From positions 16,196 to 80,195 of the forward strand of contig JAKSPO010000009.1 of the NCBI GenBank assembly GCA_024404675.1: 64,000 nt of DNA. Reading direction: 5' to 3'. Position numbers and translations under genes: made by a program. Positions 37,481 to 45,868 of this stretch are shown piece by piece. The DNA comes from Lachnospiraceae bacterium (lineage in GTDB: Bacteria > Bacillota > Clostridia > Lachnospirales > Lachnospiraceae). A model generated the notes under the pieces. The model saw only the letters and a list, made by a program, of their open reading frames with translations, was not told the DNA's origin and did no database searches. Every line of letters starts with the position of its first letter. The first letter of the stretch is position 1.

Positions 37481-38275
37481 ATGAAAAAGTTTCTCACAAT
37501 GATGCTGATGCTTTCCATGCTTCTGTGCCTTTTAGGTGTTGCAAGCGCGGAAGATGGCGGGGATGCGGGCATCAAAGTAACCGTTTCTTTCTCTAAGGAG
37601 GGAAATGCGGTAGTTAATCGTAAGTCCATCAATGTTGTGGATGCAGATAGCGACGGCGCATATACCTTTTATGATGTATTCGTAGCACTTCACGAAACCT
37701 GCTATTCCGGTCAGGACGGCTTTGCGGCATCTCAGAGTGGCTGGGTTACCAAGTTCTGGGGCGTAGAAAATCCGAGCATGGGCTATATTCAGAACAATAC
37801 CGTACAGCCCTACAGCGCAATGGATCCGGTTCAGGCAGGAGATTTCGTCAATGTATTCTTCTATCAGGACACCCTCGGCTATTCCGATCAGTGCACCTTC
37901 TTCAATAAGGTCAGCACGAGCGGTAAGGTTGATACCCCGATTGAACTTAAGGTTTCCGGCGCAGGCTATGATGCAAGCTGGGCATTTGCCGTAAATGGAC
38001 TTGCAGACACCCCGATTAAGGTAAATGGCGCTGCTTCCGAGTACACGACCGACAGTGAGGGTAATGTTACCGTTACCTTTAACGAGCCCGGTACCTATGT
38101 CCTTAGCGTATCCGGCACCAATCTTGTGCCGTCTACCTGCACGGTAATTGTTACCGCAGGCAACGATCCCGCACCGCCGACCGGTGATGTAACCTCTATG
38201 CTGATTCTTTGCATGGTTGCTGCATTGGCTATGGCCGGTATGATTGTGGTTGTCAGAAGACGTAACGCTTTATAA
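37481..38275 (+). CDS. cell-surface DUF4430 (transcobalamin beta-domain-like) protein with LPXTG-like C-terminal sorting signal
   Basis: GGAGG RBS before the ATG at 37481. Signal peptide MKKFLTMMLMLSMLLCLLGVASA. 'SGWVTKFWGVEN...AGDFVNVFFY' resembles the DUF4430 signature. C-terminus is 'APPTGD' + hydrophobic helix + 'RRRNAL'. Confidence 0.65.
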   Translation: MKKFLTMMLMLSMLLCLLGVASAEDGGDAGIKVTVSFSKEGNAVVNRKSINVVDADSDGAYTFYDVFVALHETCYSGQDGFAASQSGWVTKFWGVENPSMGYIQNNTVQPYSAMDPVQAGDFVNVFFYQDTLGYSDQCTFFNKVSTSGKVDTPIELKVSGAGYDASWAFAVNGLADTPIKVNGAASEYTTDSEGNVTVTFNEPGTYVLSVSGTNLVPSTCTVIVTAGNDPAPPTGDVTSMLILCMVAALAMAGMIVVVRRRNAL

Positions 38276-39891
38276 TGCGCAGACTGTTTCAAAAACTGAG
38301 CTATCTCCTGTGCGTACTTTTCGTTCTTACGATGGTTGGAACGGGGCACGCACAGGTGTTAAAGAAGAGCCGGCAGGAGGAGGCAATCCTTGGCCGGCTT
38401 TTCGGCATGTCCGGGGCAATGGATGCGCAGACCTGGCTTGACCGCGCATCGGAGCAGTATAAAAGCCTTCCGCTCTCCTGGTACTATCCGGCGATCAGAC
38501 AGAGCGGCGAGGCATATGATTATACGGCCTTTGGCGACTTTTATGAGGCTTATGTAAAAGAGGCCGGGGACAATATGGCGGCAGCCTCCTGGCTGAACGC
38601 ACAGCTATTCCTGTATTCTCTCGGGCGGGAGCTTCCGGACCGGGAGACCGTGCTTTCCCGTATCAGTGAGCGAAGTATTATGAGCCTTATCTACGGGCTG
38701 CATCTGTCGAACAACACCGGAGAGGAATATGTAAGAATAGATTCGGTGCTTTCGTTACAGTGCCCGGACGGCGGCTTTGGCTTTGGCGGCGAGAACGGAG
38801 ACGTGGATGTAACGGCGATGATGCTTGCGGCACTTGCACCGCATCAAAAGGATGCCTTGGTTTCGGCAGCTGTGGAGCGTGCCCTTACCTTTCTTTCTAA
38901 TCGGCAGCTCATGGACGGTGGCTTCTTCACCGCGGGAAGCTATAACAGTGAGAGTATCTCTGTTGTCATCATCGCCCTTTCTTCGCTTGGCATCGACTGT
39001 GAAACGGACAGCCGTTTTCAGAAGGGAGAGGGCCTTCTCGGAGCCTTGTTACGTTTTTACAGCGAGGAGGGCGGCTTTCGTCATACAAGCGACGGAAATG
39101 TGAATGAGCTTGCGACGGCCGAAGGGCTTTGTGCGCTCGTTGCGATGCGTAGAAATGCTTCCGGTCAGAAGAGCCTGTATCTGATGGATCCGCTTCCGAA
39201 GGAGCCTTCACACGAAGAGGGGCCGACATCCGACGTTGAGAAGCCGACACCCGGTGCGGACCGGCCTACAGAGGGACCCATGGAGAAGCCCGCGGAGGAA
39301 TCGAATACGGTTGCGAAGACGCCTGCCTTATCCGGCTACAAGCTTTATGCTTCGGTGGGAATCATCCTTGCGGGAGCGCTATTACTTATCGTTTTGGCAC
39401 TTCGGAAAAGGCTTCGCCGAGGAAATGTGCTTACCATATTCATTCTTATGGCAGCAGCGCTTGCCTTTGTACTTCTTACGAATTTTGAAAGTGTGGATAA
39501 GCACTATTCTACGGACAAATCACCCGTAGACTTCGTAGGTGAGGTAACGCTTTCGATACGATGCGATACCGTAGCCGGGAAGAAGGGTGCACCGAAGGAG
39601 GAGTATATGCTTTCTGTAGGTACGTACCGGATCGGGAGCGAAACGACAGTCTTTGAGGTGCTCTCTGAGGCCTGCAGACAGAATCGTATCGCATTGTCCT
39701 ACACGAGTGTGGGCGGTATTTATATAAAGGGCATCGGAGAGCTTTATGAGTTTGATTTCGGCGATCTGTCCGGCTGGATGTACGCAGTCAACGGAACCTT
39801 TCCGTCCGTTGGCGCGGGCGATTACCGCCTAAGCCCCGGCGACAGCATCGAGTTTCGATATACCTGCTCCTTGGGAAACGATCTGCAGTGA
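38275..39891 (+). CDS. prenyltransferase/terpene-cyclase-like alpha/alpha-toroid domain + 2 TM helices + C-terminal DUF4430 domain
   Basis: 538 aa. Signal peptide (..VGTGHA/QV). Repeats 'LQCPDGGFGF', 'RQLMDGGFF' and 'YSEEGGFRH'. Pro/Glu linker. TM pair 'LYASVGIILAGALLLIVLAL-RKRLRRGN-VLTIFILMAAALAFVLLTNF'. C-terminal 'LSGWMYAVNGTFPSVGAGDYRLSPGDSIEFRY' matches the DUF4430 signature. Confidence 0.7.
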   Translation: MRRLFQKLSYLLCVLFVLTMVGTGHAQVLKKSRQEEAILGRLFGMSGAMDAQTWLDRASEQYKSLPLSWYYPAIRQSGEAYDYTAFGDFYEAYVKEAGDNMAAASWLNAQLFLYSLGRELPDRETVLSRISERSIMSLIYGLHLSNNTGEEYVRIDSVLSLQCPDGGFGFGGENGDVDVTAMMLAALAPHQKDALVSAAVERALTFLSNRQLMDGGFFTAGSYNSESISVVIIALSSLGIDCETDSRFQKGEGLLGALLRFYSEEGGFRHTSDGNVNELATAEGLCALVAMRRNASGQKSLYLMDPLPKEPSHEEGPTSDVEKPTPGADRPTEGPMEKPAEESNTVAKTPALSGYKLYASVGIILAGALLLIVLALRKRLRRGNVLTIFILMAAALAFVLLTNFESVDKHYSTDKSPVDFVGEVTLSIRCDTVAGKKGAPKEEYMLSVGTYRIGSETTVFEVLSEACRQNRIALSYTSVGGIYIKGIGELYEFDFGDLSGWMYAVNGTFPSVGAGDYRLSPGDSIEFRYTCSLGNDLQ

Positions 39892-39946
39892 CCCGAGCGA
39901 TGTCGCATACGACTTGCTTTGTACAAAGGAAGTATAAGGTTGTCTA

Positions 39947-39976
39947 TTGAATCGGCAAGAAATCACATTGTATAAT
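39947..39976 (+). promoter_or_regulatory. possible sigma-A-type promoter
   Basis: TTGAAT (39947-39952), 18-nt spacer, TATAAT (39971-39976). Confidence 0.45.
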
Positions 39977-40005
39977 GACCATAGCGTCCGTTACTGCGCG
40001 TACGG

Positions 40006-41094
40006 ATGGAGAGAAGGTTTATACAGTCGACTGTCGACGGAAAGGGACATATCGTGAATGTAGCAATTCTTGGAACGGGAACAATCGCCCGCGCTATGGC
40101 AACGGCGTTGAACGGCATTAAGGAGGAGGTTACTGCTTATGCGGTAGCATCCAGAAGTCTTGAAAAGGCACAGGCATTTGCCGACACATGGGGTTTCGAA
40201 AAGGCATACGGCTCCTATGAGGAGTTAGCAAAGGATCCGGCAATCGATCTGATTTATATTGCGACGCCGCACTCCGAGCATTTTTCAAATACGAAGCTTT
40301 GCCTCGAGAACGGACGCAACTGTATCGTTGAGAAGGCATTCTGCGCAAACCGCAAGCAGACACAGATTCTTATCGACCTTGCGAAGTCGAAGGATCTTCT
40401 TTTGGCTGAGGCAATGTGGACAAGGTATCTGCCGTCTACGGCGATGATTCAGAATCTCCTTGCGGAGGGAAGAATCGGCGAGCCGAAGTATCTGGAGTCT
40501 GATTTCTCGGTGAATGCAGAGCAGGTAGAGCGTATGTGGAATCCGTCTCTTTGCGGCGGTGCACTTTTGGACCTCGGAATCTATTCTCTGACCTCCTGCG
40601 CACTGTTCTTTGGAACGGATATTGTGAAGATCCATTCGGACGTAAAGATGTATTCTACAGGAGTAGACGTTACTAACGAAACGACTTTCACTTATAGAGA
40701 TGGCAAGGTTGCCAAGGCGATTTCTTCCTTCAGCGGACGCGAATGCAACGCTTGTAGGATTGAGGGAACGAACGGTAGTCTTGTATTCGGACCGATCAAC
40801 AACCCGGAGTATCTTCGTGCCTACGATCTGAACGGAAACCTTACGGAGGAGTTTGTGATTCCGCCGCAGGTGAACGGCTATGAGTATGAGATTCTTGCCT
40901 GCAAATGTGCGATGAATCACGGCAAGAAGGAGTGCCGCTCCCTGCCGCACAGTGAGATGCTTCGTATGATGGGCTGGATGGACAGCCTGCGTAATCACTG
41001 GGGCATGGTATATCCTTTTGAGGAGGCTACGGATATCGCACTTACCGATGAGGTTGTCTGGGGCGTAAAAGACATTTTCGATGATGCGAAATAG
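40006..41094 (+). CDS. Gfo/Idh/MocA family NAD(P)-dependent oxidoreductase
   Basis: 'VAILGTGTIARAMA' Rossmann motif and 'EKAF' motif region. The true start may be GTG at 40054 (GAAAGGG RBS) rather than ATG at 40006. Confidence 0.75.
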   Translation: MERRFIQSTVDGKGHIVNVAILGTGTIARAMATALNGIKEEVTAYAVASRSLEKAQAFADTWGFEKAYGSYEELAKDPAIDLIYIATPHSEHFSNTKLCLENGRNCIVEKAFCANRKQTQILIDLAKSKDLLLAEAMWTRYLPSTAMIQNLLAEGRIGEPKYLESDFSVNAEQVERMWNPSLCGGALLDLGIYSLTSCALFFGTDIVKIHSDVKMYSTGVDVTNETTFTYRDGKVAKAISSFSGRECNACRIEGTNGSLVFGPINNPEYLRAYDLNGNLTEEFVIPPQVNGYEYEILACKCAMNHGKKECRSLPHSEMLRMMGWMDSLRNHWGMVYPFEEATDIALTDEVVWGVKDIFDDAK

Positions 41095-41172
41095 CATTCT
41101 CTGATTGACAACCTTCCCCGAATTGAATACAATGAAATTAATCGTATTTCTTAATGTGAGGAGGATTTTGTC

Positions 41173-41988
41173 ATGTTGTTTGGAATGCCTACTTTGATTG
41201 AGCATAAGTCACTTGCAGAGGACGTAAAGCTCTGTGAGCGTCTTGGGCTTGCTTTTGTAGAACTGAATATGAATTTTCCTGCTTATCAGATTGATAAGCT
41301 TGAGAATACCGCATATTTTCGTGCGGAGGCCGAGAAGGCCGGTATCTTTTACTCGATTCATCTTGAAGAGGGCTTTGATGTAGCGAACAGTAACCCGCTT
41401 GTTTCGGAGGCATATCTTGAGACAATGCGCAGAGTGATTCGTGTAGCGAAGAAGCTTTGCGAGCTGAATCCCGAGGACAGTCCGTTCATCATCAATATGC
41501 ACCTGGTACACGGTGTGCATATTACACTTCCGAACGGACGTGTGATGATCTATGACACCAACAAGGAAGCATATCTGAAGGCTTTTGAGAACTTCCGTAA
41601 TCTGGTGGAGGAGTGGATTGGAAACGAGAAGATTCTTGTTACCGTAGAGAATAACGACGGCTTCACCCCTTATGAGATGGAAGCAATCGATGTTCTTCTG
41701 AAGAGCTCTAAGTTTGCTATGACCTGGGATATCGGACATTCCAAGGCAACCGGCGAGGCTGATATGCCTTTCCTTTTGAAGAATTGGAACCGTATCGTTC
41801 ATTTCCATGTACATGACGGAAAGGACAACCCGCCCACCAATCATCTTGGACTCGGCGACGGTGATATCGATCTTCAGACGAGACTTGAGTTTGCACAGAA
41901 GTGTAACGCAAACTGTGTGCTTGAGACGAAGACCGCGGATGCGCTTGAGCAGAGTAAGACCTGGCTGATCGGTCATAACTGGGCATAA
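41173..41988 (+). CDS. sugar phosphate isomerase/epimerase (xylose isomerase-like TIM barrel)
   Basis: 271 aa. '...VELN...', 'SIHLEE', 'VTVENN', 'WDIGH' and 'HFHVHDG' metal-ligand pattern typical of the AP_endonuc_2 family. Confidence 0.7.
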   Translation: MLFGMPTLIEHKSLAEDVKLCERLGLAFVELNMNFPAYQIDKLENTAYFRAEAEKAGIFYSIHLEEGFDVANSNPLVSEAYLETMRRVIRVAKKLCELNPEDSPFIINMHLVHGVHITLPNGRVMIYDTNKEAYLKAFENFRNLVEEWIGNEKILVTVENNDGFTPYEMEAIDVLLKSSKFAMTWDIGHSKATGEADMPFLLKNWNRIVHFHVHDGKDNPPTNHLGLGDGDIDLQTRLEFAQKCNANCVLETKTADALEQSKTWLIGHNWA

Positions 41989-42031
41989 GCGATGGTCTGC
42001 AGCGGCAGAGCATAATAGCATGTAATTCATT

Positions 42032-42065
42032 GGGTGGATACCATTTTTATGGCGCCACCCTTTTT
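42032..42065 (+). terminator. probable terminator
   Basis: GGGTGG (42032-42037) pairs with CCACCC (42055-42060), followed by TTTTT. Confidence 0.45.
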
Positions 42066-42122
42066 GGCTGTAAATGGGGCTATCATTTCCCGATACAGTG
42101 AGAGAAGAAAGCTGGTAGGAAT

Positions 42123-42584
42123 ATGAAAAAATGTGAGTATGAAATCAGAGTTATGACGATGGATGATTACAAGGCAGTGTATGCGCTTTGGCAGAGCATT
42201 CACGGCTTCGGTATTCGTTCAATCGACGATTCGGAGGAGGGCGTCAGAAGATTTATCGACAGAAATCCGAATACCAGTATGGTAGCGGTTTGCGAGGGTC
42301 GAATCATCGGCGCGATTCTGTGCGGTCATGACGGACGCCGGGGAACCTTCTACCACGTATGCGTGCAGGAGGAGTATCGTAAGCAGGGTATCGGTAAAGC
42401 AATGGCGGTTGCCTGCATGCGTGCACTGAAGGAGGAGCATATCAACAAGGCAACGCTTGTTGCCTTCACGAGCAACTCACTCGGAAACCAGTTCTGGAAG
42501 GGCGCAGGCTGGACGTATCGTGAGGATCTGAATTACTATGATTTTACGTTAAATGAGGCCAATATTACGGAATTCAACAAGTAA
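42123..42584 (+). CDS. GNAT family N-acetyltransferase
   Basis: 153 aa with acetyl-CoA binding motif 'RKQGIGKAMAVA'. Confidence 0.75.
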   Translation: MKKCEYEIRVMTMDDYKAVYALWQSIHGFGIRSIDDSEEGVRRFIDRNPNTSMVAVCEGRIIGAILCGHDGRRGTFYHVCVQEEYRKQGIGKAMAVACMRALKEEHINKATLVAFTSNSLGNQFWKGAGWTYREDLNYYDFTLNEANITEFNK

Positions 42585-42619
42585 TGAATGCAATTTGTAA
42601 CCTGAGTGGGGAGTATAAC

Positions 42620-44125
42620 ATGCGAGGTAAGTTTCTTGCCGGTGTGCTTCTTGTGCTGACGATGCTTTTAATCGGTTGCGGCAAGAAGACAGAGTTCAAG
42701 CCGGCGGATGATTCGACAATCGAAGAGCCTACGGACACCCCGATGCCCGAGCCGACACCGCAGCCGATTACGGAGGAGTATGCGGGGCGTATTTCCTATG
42801 TCTACGGGAACAGTATGGTTTGGGATGTGTCGGGAAAGCTGCACTTTGAAGCCATCGAGCGAGGCACCGGGAAGGACGGCGACTGGAGCATTCCGGCGCT
42901 GCTTTTGGGGTATGAAGCGGAAAGTACGGCCGGGGAAGAGCTGTTTCGGATTACGACCGAGCAGTCTACGGAGGGTGTATCCTTCACCCTTCGGATTGGA
43001 ACGATGGAAGGCTTGCTACTGACAATTCCCGCGGGGGAAGCGTGGGATTTTACGCTTTACCATGACGGCAACCGCTACACATTTGTCCAGAACGGTTTCA
43101 CGCTTCTTTCCATCGCAGCGGATGCCGAGTTTATGACGGTGATGGTAGGAAGCGAGCAGAACGCGACGGCTTACCGTTACCCGGTCAGACAGTTTGCGGT
43201 AAGACCGCTTCCGCAGGGCAATATCGTAAGTGCTGAGAGGAGCAGATTGCTCCCGACGCTTCAGACGCTTACGGATATTTATGACGGCAAATACCTTGGT
43301 TCGATTGTAGACTCCGTGCGAAAGAATGCACGCGAGGAGTGGCCTGCCGATTATGTGCAGATTACGAAGGAGCGAATCAACGCAAACGGCGGCTGGACGG
43401 AGTATAATGTCATCTATAAGGCCAATACCGTTGTGGTGGACCGTACCGACAGCAGTGCACCGAGCACAATCACGGAGTATGCCTTCAATGAGCTCTCGGA
43501 GGGCATCCCGAACGTGGAGTATTACATTTATGAGGGACTTTCTGAGAAGCTTCGTTACACCTTTGACGGTGCTGCACTGGACCGCTACCGCTTGGCAATC
43601 TACGAGGAAGAATCGGCAGAGCTTAGGCGTATGGAGAGTATCGGACTCGGGAAGATTCCGCTTCTTTTAGAGTGGACCGACTTCGGCTTTGTGGAGCGCG
43701 GCATCGTGGAGGCTTCGGAAGAAGAGCAGGAATATGTTAGATTCCATTATGCCGACGGAACGGTATACGGTGACGTGTGGGCAGTTTACGCGGACGGAAC
43801 CAGACCGGTTACGGTGTATATCGATAGACTCGGCGCGAAGGATTGCTTTTACGCGGACGGGCGCATCATACCGGGAACGTATCCGAACCGTGAGCTTGTC
43901 AGAAGAAGCTACGACAAATACGGTGTGCTGACCGAGGAAACCAATGCCGCCGGTGTGATACGATATAGCTATACCTTCAGCGATTTCGCCTATGGCGGGG
44001 CGGACGATACGATTCGCCATGAGTGGCAGAAGCTGATGCCTTATCTGGAGAAGGCGGACAAAAAGCCTGCGGAGGAGCCTGACGACGGGGAGAACGAGAT
44101 TCACGAGGAGTTTTTAAGTGAGTAG
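42620..44125 (+). CDS. hypothetical lipoprotein
   Basis: GGGGAG RBS before the ATG at 42620. Lipobox 'LTMLLIGCGKK' and Pro/Thr/Glu linker. About 500 aa with no recognisable catalytic motif. Confidence 0.6.
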   Translation: MRGKFLAGVLLVLTMLLIGCGKKTEFKPADDSTIEEPTDTPMPEPTPQPITEEYAGRISYVYGNSMVWDVSGKLHFEAIERGTGKDGDWSIPALLLGYEAESTAGEELFRITTEQSTEGVSFTLRIGTMEGLLLTIPAGEAWDFTLYHDGNRYTFVQNGFTLLSIAADAEFMTVMVGSEQNATAYRYPVRQFAVRPLPQGNIVSAERSRLLPTLQTLTDIYDGKYLGSIVDSVRKNAREEWPADYVQITKERINANGGWTEYNVIYKANTVVVDRTDSSAPSTITEYAFNELSEGIPNVEYYIYEGLSEKLRYTFDGAALDRYRLAIYEEESAELRRMESIGLGKIPLLLEWTDFGFVERGIVEASEEEQEYVRFHYADGTVYGDVWAVYADGTRPVTVYIDRLGAKDCFYADGRIIPGTYPNRELVRRSYDKYGVLTEETNAAGVIRYSYTFSDFAYGGADDTIRHEWQKLMPYLEKADKKPAEEPDDGENEIHEEFLSE

Positions 44126-44684
44126 AACAGGGCTTACGGGCAATAGAAAAAAGAATAGACGACGCAGAATCTGCATTGCGGCAGCACTCCTTTTGATATC
44201 GGTGCTGCTGCTTTCGATTTATATCAGGCGGGACGGCTTTGGGCTTCTTTCACGCGGTAGAAGTGAGATTGACGAGGTCGTTCTTACGGAGGTCTACGAC
44301 GGAGACACTATCCGGGTTCGCTTCCGGGACGGGCGTGAGGAGACAGTACGCCTTCTGATGATTGATGCGCCGGAAAGCGTTCACCCGGACGAGGAGCGGA
44401 ACACCGAGGAAGGACGAAGGGCAGCAGCCTTTCTTAGAGAGCTTCTTCCAAAGGGGACGAAGCTATACCTCGAATATGAGCAGGGCAAGAATAGAAAGGA
44501 TATCTACGGACGTACGCTTGCGTATGTATGGTTAACGGATTCTACAAGTGTAGAACCAAATAATATAAAGAATAATATGGTGAATGCGATTCTGCTTCAA
44601 AGGGGACACGCGGTATTTCACCTATACGATAACGGCAATCCGATCAATGAAAAGTATCGGCGGGTTTTGGAGGGAATTCGATGA
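44118..44684 (+). CDS. membrane-anchored thermonuclease (staphylococcal nuclease family)
   Basis: GTG start overlaps the previous stop by 8 nt. Arg-rich N-terminus plus TM helix. 'VYDGDTIRV...VRLLMIDAPES...GRTLAYVW' SNase motifs. Confidence 0.75.
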   Translation: MSRTGLTGNRKKNRRRRICIAAALLLISVLLLSIYIRRDGFGLLSRGRSEIDEVVLTEVYDGDTIRVRFRDGREETVRLLMIDAPESVHPDEERNTEEGRRAAAFLRELLPKGTKLYLEYEQGKNRKDIYGRTLAYVWLTDSTSVEPNNIKNNMVNAILLQRGHAVFHLYDNGNPINEKYRRVLEGIR

Positions 44685-45868
44685 CAGAAAGACTTTATGA
44701 GGAGCAATCCTATGCGGTGACATTTGACGCTAGTGTCGCTAATGCAGAGTACGACGGTGATAAGACGAAGGTGGTGCTCACCCGCACGCTGTTCTTCCCG
44801 GAGGAGGGTGGACAGTCTGCGGACAGAGGCACGCTGAACGGCCTTCCGGTCCTCGATGTGCAGCTTCAAAACGGCGAACCCGTCCACACTGTCGCCGGCC
44901 TTTTGAACCCTGGGGACGGGGTTAAGGGCTCACTTGACTGGGACTTCCGCTTCCGCAATATGCAGATGCATTCCGGCGAGCACGTATTTTCCGGCCTGGT
45001 GCACACCCTGTTCGGATATCGAAACGTCGGCTTTCACCTGAGCGAGAACAGCGCGACGATGGATTATAGCGGCAAGCTCACCGAGGACGACATTCACATG
45101 CTCGAGAGAAGGGCAAATGCGGTGATCGCCGAGAATCACGCGATTCGCGCCTGGTATCCGACCGCGGAAGAGCTGTCAAAGCTTGACTATCGAAGCAAGA
45201 AGGAGCTCGACGGTCCGATCCGACTTGTGGAAATCGAAGGCGTCGATCTGTGCGCCTGCTGCGTACCGCACATTCGCTCCACCGCGGAAATCGGTTGCCT
45301 GAAGATTACTGCTTTCGAGAATTATAAAGGCGGCGTCCGCCTGCATTATCTGTGCGGCCTTCGTGCGATGGAGCACTACTATGATTGCCTGACTTCCTTA
45401 ACCGAGGTCGGCCGTATGCTTTCGGTGAAGCCGGAGGCGGTATGTGAGGCGGTTGATAAGCTTAAAAAGGAAGCGAAGGAGCTAACCTTTCGCGTAACGG
45501 CTGCGGAGAGAAGGGTAGTGGCTTCGGAAATCAGACTTCGCTACTTCGCGGACGGCGGAACCGATGAGGGTGCACCGCTTATTAAGGCACCGCTTCTCTT
45601 TCTTAACGGGGAGGCCGGCCTTTTGCGATTTGCCATGGATGAACTGAAGAAATATTACAGCAAGGCCTGTGCAATCTTCTGCGGTGAGGACGGCCAAGGC
45701 TACCGCTATCTGGTAGAATGTGCGGGTGGTGGCATCGGCGCGCTTCAGGCAGTGCTTCGCACTGAGCTTGCCGCAAGGGGCGGCGGTTCGGACATCTCCG
45801 TCAGCGGCAGTGTGCAGGCGAGCGAAGAGCAGATCAGAACGATTATGAATAGGTATGGAATCGATTGA
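44681..45868 (+). CDS. alaX: alanyl-tRNA editing protein (AlaX-L type, tRNA_SAD + DHHA1-like)
   Basis: 395 aa. 'HSGEHVFSG' (HxxxH) and 'CACCVPH' (CxxxH) zinc motifs of the Ala/Thr-tRNA synthetase second additional domain. ATGA overlap with the nuclease gene. Confidence 0.75.
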   Translation: MTERLYEEQSYAVTFDASVANAEYDGDKTKVVLTRTLFFPEEGGQSADRGTLNGLPVLDVQLQNGEPVHTVAGLLNPGDGVKGSLDWDFRFRNMQMHSGEHVFSGLVHTLFGYRNVGFHLSENSATMDYSGKLTEDDIHMLERRANAVIAENHAIRAWYPTAEELSKLDYRSKKELDGPIRLVEIEGVDLCACCVPHIRSTAEIGCLKITAFENYKGGVRLHYLCGLRAMEHYYDCLTSLTEVGRMLSVKPEAVCEAVDKLKKEAKELTFRVTAAERRVVASEIRLRYFADGGTDEGAPLIKAPLLFLNGEAGLLRFAMDELKKYYSKACAIFCGEDGQGYRYLVECAGGGIGALQAVLRTELAARGGGSDISVSGSVQASEEQIRTIMNRYGID

